In this document: positions 1 through 22,399 of the stretch, piece by piece | Layout: each line of letters starts with the position of its first letter | Position numbering within the stretch: the stretch's first letter is position 1 | NCBI RefSeq assembly: GCF_009914755.1 | Contig: NC_060935.1 | Strand: one strand, 5' to 3' | Source: the human T2T-CHM13v2.0 reference genome, Homo sapiens | DNA length: 64,000 nt | The notes under the pieces: generated by a model | The model's database searches: none | Seen by the model: only the letters and a program-made list of their open reading frames with translations | What the model was told of the DNA's origin: nothing | Made by a program: the position numbers and the translations under genes

Positions 1-445
1 TGTAAAGGAATTGAAATCAGTATGGTGAGGAGATATCTGCATTCTCATATTCAGTGCAGCAGCATTTACAATGTCCAAGATATGGAATCGACCCAAGTGT
101 CCATCAATGGATGAATGGATAAAGAAAAATGTGGTACACATGTGCAATGGAATGTTATTCAGCCTTATCAAAGAGGGAAATTCTGTCATTGGTGACAACA
201 TGGATGAACCTGGATAACATCCTAAGTGAAATAAGCCAGGCACAAAAAGGCAAATACTGTATGATCTCACTTACATGTGATATCTAAAAAAGTCACTCAT
301 ACAAGTGGAAAATCGAATGGTCATTACCAGAAGCTGGAGAGTGGATGGGAGGGAGAGATGGAGAGATGTCATTCAGTTAGGAAGAATAAGGATTTGAAAT
401 CTATTGCACAGCATAGTGACTATAGTTAAATAATAATGTATATTT
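1..445 (+). mobile_element. Old L1M (L1MA-like) ORF2 end and 3'UTR, left part
   Basis: Degenerate L1 3' sequence (acaacatggatgaacctgg...gcacagcatagtgactatag); resumes at about 1417-1600. Confidence 0.75.
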
Positions 446-1416
446 TGGGCTGTTCTTGGAGATCATGGCAGACAGGAGTCAGGGCTAGATTGCAGCTCCA
501 ACTCACACAGACAGAGCAGTGTGCCGAGGCTTGCATTGTGAATTTTAGTTCCAAATCAACTGCAAGAACAAACCAGCAATCTCAAGAGGACCCACAGGCC
601 CTCTGAAGGAAGTGGACTGCTCCTGCAGGACACAGGAGACACCCCAAATACTGTGAGTGCTCCAACTGCAGAAGTGGGAGAGGGAAATCTTCCTCTCTTG
701 AACACACACCCCTGGAGAAACTGAAGGTCTGTTTGCAGGAGAAGTTTCTGACCTTACCTGGAGCTGAGTCAGTTTAGAGAGCCAAGCAAAATATAGGGGT
801 AGAGGAAGCAGTAGGAAATGCTTTGGGACCTCGCTGGGTCCCCAAGCAGGCCATTCCTGCCTGGCACCACAGGTATCCATCAGGATGGAAGACAGAGAAG
901 CTGGGGAAAACACCACAGGGAGAAGGAAGTCTCCAGCTGAATTTTGTAACAATTTGAACCAGGCAAGAAGCCTCCTGGCCAGAATTCGGGAAAGGGTGCG
1001 AATCTGATGTGCAGACTCCACAGGAGGGGGAAGAACCAAGCTCTTTTCTTTCACAGCTGGGAGGTGGGTAGCCTGGGGCAAGTTCTGAAGCCCAACTTGC
1101 CCACCACCTGGAAAAAGGCTCAAGGCTGTTAATGGGGGCATGATAGGAGTGAGATCAGCTCTTCGGTTTGTGTGGGAGTTGGGTGAAACCTGTGACTGCC
1201 ATCTTTTCCCTACTTCCCTGACAACCTGCATGACTCAGCAGAGGCAGCCATAATCCTCCTAGATACACAACTCCATTGACGTGGGAACCTTACTCCCATC
1301 CCCTACAGCAGCTGTAGCAAGACCTGCCCAAGGAGAGTCTGAGCTCAGACTTGGGTGATGGGTGCACCACAATTTCACAAATCATTATATGAAATTTCAC
1401 AATAATTTATGAAAAA
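446..1416 (+). mobile_element. Internally deleted L1PB-like element (5'UTR fused to 3' tail)
   Basis: L1PB-type 5'UTR (ctagattgcagctcc...gagagtctgagctcagac) joined to ttgggtgatgggtgcacc; flanked by AATGTATATTT at 435-445 and 1417-1427. Confidence 0.65.
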
Positions 1417-1929
1417 AATGTATATTTCAAAATTGTCAAGAGTAAATTTCAAGTGCTCTTGCCACAAAAATAAGTATGTGAGGTGATGCATGTGTTAATT
1501 AACTTGATCTAATTATTTCATAATGTATACCTGTATTAAAATATTACATCGTACCCTATAAATATATAAATATTATTTGTTAATTAGACATTTTTTAAAA
1601 GCTATGAAACTATTTTAAAAAGTAGGACTAGTTTGTTTAACAGAATATCAAAATTTGATAACATAGACAATAACCAATGTTTATAAATTGAATTTAGATT
1701 TTCAAAGTGAAAACAGATCACACATTTATTTGAAGGCACATAGGATATAGCTACCAAAATGTAAATATTTGGCCCTTTTCCTAAGCTTCTTCTAATTCTA
1801 TAAATAAATTTTAAGAAAAATTTTAAAAAATGCAAAAGAGAGTTAAAGTTTCTGGTAATGGCAGGCTGGGGTTTATAGATGAGCATGTGAGCTGAAAAAC
1901 ATGGATAATGTTAGAATAAACATTTTTTT

Positions 1930-2085
1930 CCTAACACAAAGAAATAATACACATTTAAGACGATGGATGTCTTAATTACCCCGATTTGATCATTACACAT
2001 TGTATGATTGTATCAAAATATCACCTGTATCCAATAAAGATGTACAGCTATTATGTATTCATAATAATTAAAAATAAAAGAATTT
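1930..2085 (+). mobile_element. L1MA-like 3' end fragment
   Basis: gatttgatcattacacattgtatg...A-rich tail. Confidence 0.65.
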
Positions 2086-2094
2086 TAAAAGATT

Positions 2095-2925
2095 ATAGAA
2101 GCTGAAAAATTCCCATTGCCTAGTGAAGCATAGCTGTCATAACGTTGTAGCACAATGCATTACTCACATGTTTGTGGTGATGCCGTTGCAAATAAACCTG
2201 TGCCGCCAGTTATATAAAAGTATAGAAATACAGTTATATACTGTATATAATACTTGAAAATGATAACAAATGACTATGTTACTGGCTTGTGTATTTACTT
2301 TTTATAATTGTTTTAGAGTGTATTCCTTCTATTTATTAAAAATAAGGTGAACTAAAACAGCCTCAGACAGCTTCTTCCGCAGGTATTCCAGAAGAAGACA
2401 TTGTTATCACAGGAGATGACAACTCCTTGTGTGTTATTGCCCACGAAGACCTTCCAGTGGGACAATATGTGGAGAGGGAAGACGGTGAGATTGAGGATCC
2501 TGACCCTGCATAGGCCTAGACTAGTGCGTATATTTGTTTCTTACTGTTTAAGAAAAAAGTTTAAAGAGTAAAAAATGAAAAGTTTTAAATATAGAAAAAA
2601 GCTTATAGAATAAGGATAGAAAGAGTTTTTGTACAGCTGTACAGTGTATGTGTTTTAAGCTAAGCTAGCTGTTATTACAAAATGGTCAAAAAGTAAAAAA
2701 AAATAATTTTATAAAGTAATAAAGTTAAGCTAAGGTTAATTATTGAAGAAAAAATTTTAAAATGAATTTACAGTAGCCTAAGTGTAAGTGTTGAGTCTCC
2801 AGTAGCTTACAGTAATGTCCTAGGCATTCACGTTCACTCATCACTCACTCACTGACTCACCCAGAGCAACATCCAGTCTTGCAAGATTCATTCATAGTAA
2901 GTGCCTTATACAGGGGTACCATTTT
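2095..2925 (+). mobile_element. Tigger3/GOLEM-type DNA transposon, left part (resumes about 8285-8545)
   Basis: Tigger3-like sequence, split by an L1 at a 16-bp TSD. Confidence 0.7.
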
Positions 2926-8192
<5,267 letters not shown>

Positions 8193-8284
8193 ACAGGGGT
8201 ACCATTTTAAAATCTTTTATCCTTTTTCTTCTTTCTTTTTTTTTGGAGAGGTGGAGTCTCACTACATTGCCCAGCCTGGTCTCA

Positions 8285-8545
8285 AATATACCATATTTTT
8301 ACTGCACCTTTTCTATATTTAAATACATAAATATTTACCATTGTGTTACAATTGCCTACAGTATTCAGTACAGTCACATGCTGTACAGGTTTGTAGCCTA
8401 GAAGCAATAGGTTATACCATATAGCCCAGGTGTGTAGTAGGCTATACCATCTAGGTTTATGTAAGTACATGCTATCATGTTAACCCATGATGAAATTGCC
8501 TAATGATTCGTTTCTCAGAATATATCCTTAAGTAATGCATGTGTG
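8285..8545 (+). mobile_element. Tigger3-type right part
   Basis: gctgtacaggtttgtagcctagaagcaataggttatacc... Confidence 0.7.
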
Positions 8546-9345
8546 TAAGAGGAAAATTTTAACACACCTTTCACAGTAAATGATACAGTGATACGTTCAC
8601 AATTCTTTGGGATTTTGGCAATTTGGATGACACAGTTAACAAAATTGACCTAGTGACATCTATAGATGACCATATCCTGAGTGTAGAATATATAATCTTT
8701 TAAATCTTACATAGATTTACAAAAAGTTGACAAGTTTTGTTTCAAAGGATTGAAATAATATACTGTATGTTTTCTGATAGGTGGGAATTAGAGTTCAACA
8801 ATAAATGATAAATGATAAAATAATGCAACTATTTTAAAATTCAACATGTAGAGAAATTGGGTAAGACCTCTCTTAATAAGCAGTGGATCAAAAAATCACT
8901 ATAATAATTAGAAAGCATTTTGAATAAAAACAATAACACTTTCGGTTATCCTTTGTAGGTTACAACTAGAGAAATTGATGGTGTAAAATTATACATTACA
9001 AAAGAAGAAGAGCTGAAAGGTATAGTACTAAACAACCATTAACAGACATTTGAAGAAATGAATTCCAAGAATGAGAGGTAAATAATTAAACTAAGAACAA
9101 ACTACAATAGAAAGCCTCAATTAGACATAGATGTAAAAGCTGTATATAAAATATTAGAAAAATCAACTCCAGAAATACATTAAAAAACATATGATCAATT
9201 GGGTTTGTGTCTATGGTGAAATTTAGATTTAGTATTAAAAATGTATTAAAGTTTGTTACCACATTAACAAATAATGTACTTAGTAGAGCACAGTAAAAAA
9301 TTTGATAAAATTCAATATTCAGTGGTGATAAAAATGAGTAAACTA

Positions 9346-10938
<1,593 letters not shown>

Positions 10939-11214
10939 AAAAATGAGTAAACTATTAACATAAAGAAATTCCCTTATTTTGATAAAGGTTCCATCAAATA
11001 TACCTGGTAGTTAGAAAACATTAAAAAATTACAATAGCATATAAATAATAACTATTTTGAATAAATCTAACAGAACCTTTGTAAGAATGTAAAGGGATAA
11101 TTATAATGCTTTACTCACGGACACTAAAGACGTAAATAAATGGAGGGATAATATGTTCATGATTTGGCAGTCTTGTGGGATATAGATTGATTCCAATCAC
11201 AATAAAAATTGCAA

Positions 11215-12284
11215 CCATTTTTAAAAACATTTTATCTTTATACAGCAGTTTTAGGTTCACAGCAAAATTGAGAGGAAGGTATTTCATATTTCCCCTGCCT
11301 CCACATATAATTGCCTTCCTCATTATCAACACCCCCAAACAGAGTGGTAAATATGTTACAATTGATGAACTTACATTGACATATTATTATCACTCAGAAT
11401 CCACAGCTTACACTAGGGTTCACTCTTGGTGTTATACATTCTATGAGTTTAGATCAATGTATAATGACGTATATTCACCATTATAGTATAATACAGAATA
11501 GTCTCACTGTCCTAAAAGTCCTCTGTGCTCTGCCTAATTATCCCTCCTTCCACCCAACTCCTGGAAACCACTGATATTTTTATTATTCCTGTAATTTGGC
11601 CTTTTCCAGAATATCATATGGTTGGAATCATACAATATGCAGCCTTTTCAGATTGGTTTCTTTCACTAAGTAATGTGCAAATATTTTAGGTTCCTCCATG
11701 TCTCTTCATGGTATGATGATAGCTCATTTCATCTTGGCATTGAATAATATTCTATGGTCTGGATGTACCACAGTTTATCCATTCACCTATTGAAGGACAT
11801 CTTGGTTGCTTCCAAGTTTTGGCAATTATGATTCAGGCTGCTATAAACATTTGTGTGCAAGTTTTTGTGTGGACATGAGTTTTCAACTTCTTTGGTTAAG
11901 TACCAGGGAGCACATTGCTGGAGCAGGCACTAAGAGTATATTTGATTTTGTAAGAAACTACCAAGCTGTCTTCCAAAGCGGCTGTACCATTTCCTATTCC
12001 CACCAGCACTGAGTGAGAACTTCTGTTGCTCTACATCCTCACCAGCAACTAACTGGTGTTGCAAGTGTTCTGGATTTTAGCCATTCTAATAGGTGTGTAG
12101 TGGTATCTCATTCTTTGAATTTGCATTTCCCTGATGACATGTGACATGCAGCATCCTCTCATATGTTTATTTGTCATCTGCATATCTTATTAGGTGAGGT
12201 GTCCAGGTATTTGGCCCATTTTTAATTGCATTGTTTGATTCTTTATTGTTAACTTTGAGTACTTTGTATATTTTGGATAACAGT
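11215..12284 (-). mobile_element. L1MB-like 3' region
   Basis: Reverse-complement old L1 3'UTR/ORF2 end; interrupted by a solo LTR. Confidence 0.7.
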
Positions 12285-12704
12285 TGTGGAGATAAAGCAA
12301 CTACATCTTGAATGCTAATTTGCCATGTTGACTTTTGATTAACCCTGGTTCTAAGAAGGCCTCTTAAGATTTCCAGTTTATCTATTGCTCCCTAGGTAAG
12401 AGTGTGTAAATCCTGCCTTTAGGTCAAAACAACCTTCATGTCATCGTACTTCAGTTGTCCTACACATCTCTTCTGAATCATGTATTTCCCTTCCCTATGG
12501 TATACACCTCTGGATCTAGGGGAAAAAGGCATGGGATCCACCATCTGGTCTCGTTTCCACTGAGGCACAACATGGCTACATGGTTTCTAAGTCCCTATTA
12601 AATGTTTCTTTTTAAGAAACTGGATTTGTCAACCACTTTCTTCTGCCCCTTCAGCTTCCTTGGACTTTGGGGTCAGTTTGCATAGATCTGCCCACTCCAG
12701 AACA
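12285..12704 (+). mobile_element. Solo ERV LTR (LTR47/MER72-like)
   Basis: TG...CA ends, internal ATTAAA, near-TSD ACAGT/AAAGT, inserted in an L1. Confidence 0.6.
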
Positions 12705-13332
12705 AAAGTCTTTTATCAGTTATGTCTTTTGCAAGTATTTTCTAACAGTGTATGTCTTGCCTTCTCATTCTCTTGAACGATAGGTTTTTTTTTTCTAAAA
12801 CTTGGCAAGCTGGTCTTAAAATTTACATAATTGGTCAAAAAAATGGGAACACTTAAAAAAAAGAAGGAGGACTTACTGTAACAATATCAAGATAAATCTA
12901 TGGTAAACAAGATATATTTGTATTGATACAGGAATAAATAAATAGATAAATGAATAAAATAGAGGCTCTGGAAATAGGCATACACACCTTGACTTATGAA
13001 AGACAGACTGCAGAACTGTGGATAAAGATGGACTTTTAAATAAATAAATTATTTCAATCCCCAGATGGCTATCCATATGGTCAAATATGCTTTTCTATTC
13101 ACAAAAATCAATTCCAAGTAGATTTAAAACCTCAATATGATGAGCGAAATTATAAAGTTTTTAGAAGAGAATACTGGAAAAAATTGTCATGGATTTCAGA
13201 TCAATAAAGACATTAAAAGAGACATAAAGTGCACAAACTCCAAAGGAAAAAATTAGACCATAGTAATATTTAATTATTCTGTTTATTATCATTAAATAAA
13301 TATGCCATGAGGAAATTAACAAGGTTACCTAC

Positions 13333-13876
13333 TGTATTATTTGGGCTCTCTAGAGAAATAGAATCAATATGAGATGTATATGTCTGTATAATATACCATA
13401 TATATGTGAGATATATACACACACACGTATACACACACATATACAATAAGGAATTGGCTCCTGTGATTCCCAGTGTCTCAGAAGTCCCAAGATCTGCAGT
13501 CAGCAAGGTGGAGATTGAGAAGAGCTAAGGGTATCGTTCCAGTGCAAGTCCAAAGGCCTAAGAACCAGCAGAGGTGACGGTGTAAGTCCTAGTCTAAATT
13601 CAAGTCAGGAAAAGGAGAAGACCAATGTTCCAGCTGAAGACAGTCTGACAGAGAGAGTGAATGCTGCCTCTCTCAACCTTTTTATTCCATTCAGGCCTTC
13701 AACAGATTAAATGAGGCTCACCCACATTGGTGAAGGCAGTTTGCCTTACTCAGTCTACCCGTTTGAATGTTCATCTCACTGAAAAACGCCTTCACAGTCA
13801 CCCCCAGAATAACGTTAAACCAAAGATCTGTGCACCTTGTGGCCCAATCAAATTGACATATAAAATTAACCATCAC
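13333..13876 (-). mobile_element. MLT2-type (ERVL) solo LTR
   Basis: Ends ttgacatataaaattaaccatcaca (reverse complement of the MLT2 start); internal (TA)/(CA) tract. Confidence 0.75.
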
Positions 13877-14354
13877 AGTACAGAGTGGTAGAAGATATTC
13901 ACAATACACATAAACCAGGAGATTCATATTCAGAATATATAAAAGTCTTTTGCAAATTAACCTTAAAAATACAGACAACGAAATAGAAAATTTGGAAAAT
14001 GATTTCACAATAGAGGGTGTCCAAATGGTCAGTAAATGTTTGAGAAGGGGCTCAACCTCATTAGTAGTTCAGGAAATTTAAAATTGAACCACAATGAGAG
14101 AATGATGGTGAGATGAAATCACAAATGTGTCACCTGTGTCAGTCTCCTGATGCTTTTTAAATCCTAGGGCTCTTGTTCCTTACAGTTTAATTAATAAGTA
14201 TCACAGGTAGGTGTGTAGGACTTCACTGAGACACATCCATATACCTAGAGATGTATAATAGATTGAGTAACTTTATTTACATCATGATTTCTAATTTTAA
14301 AATAATTTTTAAGAAGTTGGTAGTCAAGTGGCCCAGACTAAAGCTATGCTAAGA

Positions 14355-14545
14355 AAAATGCCTCTCAAATTTAATATGCAGGTGAACTACTTGGAAATCT
14401 CATTGAAATGCAGTTTGTGATTGATACTGTAAGTCTAGAGTGAAACCTGTTATTTTGCGTCTAACAAGCTCCCAGGTTGCCTATGGCACAGGTGAAGTGT
14501 TGCAGCTACTGCCAGCTGATGGGCCATGTTTTGAGAAGATGCTAA
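14355..14545. mobile_element. MER5-like hAT MITE just upstream of the OOSP4B promoter
   Basis: aaatgcag...tctaacaagctcccaggt...ttttgagaa similarity. Confidence 0.5.
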
Positions 14546-14575
14546 GGGGTTTCCCTGGGCTGCCCCAGCAGAGGG

Positions 14576-14613
14576 TAATTGCAGACAGCTGAATGTGGCC
14601 AAAGGTTTATAAG
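14576..14613 (+). promoter_or_regulatory. OOSP4B core promoter: TAATTG + CAGCTG E-box + TTTATAAG
   Basis: TAATTG 14576-14581, CAGCTG 14586-14591, TTTATAAG 14606-14613; more E-boxes at 14489 and 14513. Confidence 0.6.
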
Positions 14614-14679
14614 CACTCAAGGAACCCCCAGCTCCTTGCCATTTCTTGTTTTCTATGTTGTGTCTTGGAGTCTGGAGCA

Positions 14680-14701
14680 ATGAAGACCTCTGTGCTCTTA
14701 G
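14680..14701 (+). CDS. OOSP4B: OOSP4B coding exon 1, short donor (MKTSVLL+G); an alternative donor extends it to 14755
   Basis: gcaATGa at 14680; TTAG|gtaggt phase-1 donor; second phase-1 donor CCAG|gtatgc at 14755; TATA-like box about 70 nt upstream. Confidence 0.8.
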
Positions 14702-15559
14702 GTAGGTCCTTCCTCTTTTCTTTATTGTTTTGGAATTCTTCTGGATTCAACCCAGGTATGCATAAGAAATATCTTCAGAGGTGGTGATTTAAACTGATAA
14801 GATTACTTTCTAAAACACTGCTGTGTAAAAAGCTGAGATTTTTTTTTTTCCCCCTGATTATAAACCAACAGGTAGGGCTGCCTGTTTCTATTACTCAGTT
14901 AAGAAAAAATTACTCTTTCTGGTCACATAAACTGTGCTCAGTCTTCTTTCTCTATAAGCCAATTTGAAAGTTCTCCAGTTTTAGTTTATCTTATGCCATT
15001 ATCCCTCTTCTAATGTGAGACCCATGTTTCTAACATAACTGGGGCTCCTATAATTTGAAAGAACCAGGGAAAGGAAGGACTACCTTAGAGATCTCTGGGT
15101 TTCTGGGGAGGATTACAGGCTCTCTTGGCCTATCCATGGTGCTGGAGAGATAGAATGAAAATTATATAGAGAGTAAGCAGCTGAATTTGGATGAGTTCTA
15201 ATTGCTTCCTCTATATACTGAAGTTTGGGAAACAGTTGAGCCCCAGCATTGTACTTGTTAGCTGCATGAACTTGGGCAAGTTACTTTTGAAGTCTCTCTA
15301 ATTTTGGCTGCCAGGAAAAAATTACTAGGAATGTATAGTGTCTTAAAATAAGATGATGAGAGGCCCCGTGAAATGAAAACACTCAAATCTTAGTGCTGGA
15401 ATTACCGTGAGGTAATGAGAGAATAGTTGTTTGGTTCAGTGCGCCAGAGTGATGTCGGCTGCGTCTAATGTCAGTGTGAGAGGTTTGCCAAATAAAGCAG
15501 CCTATGGACTTTCTCCTGTTTCTGTAACCATGCACTGGTTCTCTTCCACCTTTACATTA

Positions 15560-15765
15560 GAATACTGGTTCTCAGCGGGTGGTTTTGCCCTCCAGGGGAC
15601 ATTTGGCAATGTTTAGAGGGATTTTTGGCTGTCACAACAGCGTTTGTCACTCGTATCTAGTGGATAGTGGTCAAGAATGCCACTACACATTCTGCAATGT
15701 ATAGCCAACAACCACAAAATCTCTTTGGTTATAATCTCAGTGAGGCTGAGTTGAGAAACCCAGCC
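15560..15765 (+). mobile_element. MER20 DNA transposon
   Basis: ctggttctca...caggggacatttggcaatgt...gttgagaaacccag. Confidence 0.75.
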
Positions 15766-16222
15766 TTGTGTTTTATTTTAGCTTAGAAGCACTTTAAGGC
15801 ACATATTTGTGAGACCCCTTTTCTAAGCAAAACCAGTGCCAGACCTGAAACCAGCTGAAACCACTGCTGCGTTTCACATAATCTTGATTTCTAACAACCG
15901 AAGCTAATGACCGCCTCTTTGTACTTCTCAGAGTGAATAAGATTTGTGGGGGGCTACCCAGTATCAAATCTCAAACCTGCGATTACCTTTCTCATAATCA
16001 GACTTGGCTTCTCTGTTACACCTGAGTTTGTTTGATCTTTCTTTGAGATTTCAATGCCTTAATGTCTTTTTTGTATGTGGGTCTTTCTCTATTACCATTC
16101 CCTGAGACCAAAATTAGGGTATGTAGTTAAGGATGAAATTGAGAACTAAGTGTACTTTAGTCACATTAGACGAATCTAGGGAAACTTAGGGAGTAAAATG
16201 AGTTAAAAACCTAGTGCCTGTA

Positions 16223-18238
<2,016 letters not shown>

Positions 18239-18459
18239 CTATTTTTTATGGCATTTTTGTAACTGTGGTCTAGCCATAATGCTTGGCACACACAACGTCT
18301 TCCATCCTTGCACTGGAAAGTATTAGTTATATAAAAATTGAATGAATGGCTATGTGAAAGAAATCTGGCCTCTCATCTATCCTTCTCTTCACATGTTTTT
18401 ACCTGCTTTTATTATATTCAGTGGTCATCTTGCAGCTCTGAATGTTGGTACCTCTTAGA

Positions 18460-18615
18460 CCAGTTCTCAAACTTTGTATATGTAAGTCATCTTGTTATTA
18501 AAATGCAAACCGAGTCAATAGGTTAGAGATGAGATCTGGAACTCAGTATTTCTAATGAGTTCTAAGGTGATGTTGATGTTACTGATTTGTGGACCAGACT
18601 TTGATTAGTAAGGCT
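18460..18615. mobile_element. MER5A-like MITE
   Basis: cagttctcaaactt...aaaatgca...ggaccagactttga. Confidence 0.6.
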
Positions 18616-18987
18616 ATAAACAAATTACTCACCAACTAGCATTATTAATAGAGAATAGAGAATTCTCTGTGAATAGAGAATAATTAACTGAAACCTGAGT
18701 CAGGCACTTACTGTTATTCTAATTCTCACTTTTTCACTCCTACCTCTCCTAAGACACAGATGTTCAGTGGACAAAGAAGACACTGTTTAGATTGCAGCAA
18801 TGACTGAGTTGACTACTGATGGCCTAGATCACTGTCTGATTGGTATTAGGGCCAGCCACGTTATGTACCGGACTTAAGATTCTTCAAGTAATTTAATGGT
18901 TTGAGCATTTAATTTCTTATCTGGAAAATGAAGACATTATCTGTCCTATCTCAGGTTTTCTTTGTTAGACTCAATAACAAGAACATA

Positions 18988-19293
<306 letters not shown>

Positions 19294-20711
19294 AGAATGT
19301 GGTGAAATTTGACCTAGGAATTGGTACATAAACAGCAGAACTTCTTATTTAATGTGACAATAAATGTGGGAATCCCCATGGGAACAGGCTTGTGGTCTAA
19401 CATATTAACCCCTCAATGACAGCCTGGCCCTGCAAGCTTTGCTTTTTAAGATAAATATATCTATCCTTGGGATACAAACAGAAAATACATAGGCTACAGC
19501 TCCTTTCTTAGTCTGAATAAAAGGAGGGACTTGATAGTAATTACAATTCCCGTTTCGACATGGACCAAGAAGGACATTGTACCATAGTCCTGCTGCTATG
19601 AGGTAAGTGGATTGCAGATTTTTTTTCATCCTCACCCTAAACTTCACTTCTGCAGCTGTCATCACTGTATTTACTATCAGTATCTATCAACTTTCTTATA
19701 TGAATAACTTATGCTATTAATCTCTCTAGGAAAATGGTTTCTCAAAATTCTAAATGCTGAGTTCCATGTTGTACTTGCGTCTCTGTTCTTCTAGCTGTCC
19801 CAAAAAGCATGTATCAAGTTGGTAACCTCAGGTTTCTAGGCCAAATAAGGCTCATTCTAAGCCAAACATTTTACGGAAGACAGAGTTCTGTAGATCCTTG
19901 GATACTGCCAACTGTCCTGGGATTAAAACCTGGGTCAATGTCTTCTGTGGTTGGACTAGTCACTTATTTAATTAAAATTCATACTGAAGACCAAATACAT
20001 GCCATATGGGGATAAAGAGATGAAGATGTGGTTTTTTTTTTTTCCCCTAGGGGTGGGGAGAGATAATAGTAAAATGTGAAATGTCACTGTGTGCCTGATA
20101 TTGTAAAAATGTTCCTAGGATATAGCCACAGCTTCTTCAGGTTAATATGAGAAGATTGGACTCTGAAACCTAATCTTTTATATAGTATTAAATTCTGATC
20201 AGGTTTAGTTTAATTGATACTGAGGATGGATGGATGGAGATCTATCTCTATGGAAGGAATTGGTGGTGGTAGTGTCTTATATAAAGACCATTAAATTGTT
20301 TTTACCTTAATAAACATTAATTGAGCATTTAAGTTCTAGGCAGTGTTCCAAGATCTTTTATATGCCTTATTTCATTTAATCATCACAGAACCCTAAAAGG
20401 TAGATAATAATGACTACGTTCACTCTAAATATGAATAAATGGTTGCAAAGAAATTAAATAACCAACTAACCTCTCTGTGGATTTTTGCAGCTGTGTAAAG
20501 TACAGAGTAGCACAGCAGCCACCGCCCTCAAGGGGCTTTTGAGCACATGAAGTGTGGCCAATTTGAATTGTGCTACAAATACAAAACACACATCAGTTCC
20601 AGAAAATTAGTATAAGAAATCTAATCTCAATTTTTGTTTTGTTACATGTTAATGATCATATTTGGGATATATTAGCTTAGATGAAATATATTTTAAACTA
20701 TACCTGCTTTT

Positions 20712-21037
<326 letters not shown>

Positions 21038-21076
21038 TGAACATGGCTAATAGGAGACTGAACGCTACCCATGTAG

Positions 21077-21427
<351 letters not shown>

Positions 21428-21517
21428 TAATTAAAATTTTCAAGCATCTTCCTATCTCTTGCAGTGATCAATTGTTAGATAGGACCAGGTGCTTATCTAC
21501 TTAATTGGGACATTTCA

Positions 21518-21886
<369 letters not shown>

Positions 21887-22177
21887 TTAATAGCTGGGAA
21901 CATTGTTTATGAATATATGCAATTGTACTACTTTGGAAAAAGCACATATACTTTAAAACAGACCCAGAGACAATTTTCTCCTATCCCCCATCTGGTATTA
22001 GAGATGGGGGCAAAGAAGTTGAAGGACCAGGAGAAAAAGGAGAATAAAGTATTTCTCATGAGGTCTACTATTTTATATCTGTTAAATTAATGTAAAATGC
22101 CATTTCCGGATTTTCCTAAAGCAGATTCTATTAAGATCATTAAGCCACCAAAAGAATTTAATGCCTTCTAGTATTAA

Positions 22178-22300
<123 letters not shown>

Positions 22301-22399
22301 TAGCTACTTCTCTTACACATTCTTAAATTTATTATTTGGTTGATAGATGTTTCTGTTAAGAATGCAGCTATAAAAATGCCCTGGAGGGATGTGTATGGC

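Noticed and set aside
545-1231. 228-aa minus-strand ORF
   Set aside because: Antisense reading of an L1PB 5'UTR with no recognisable domain.
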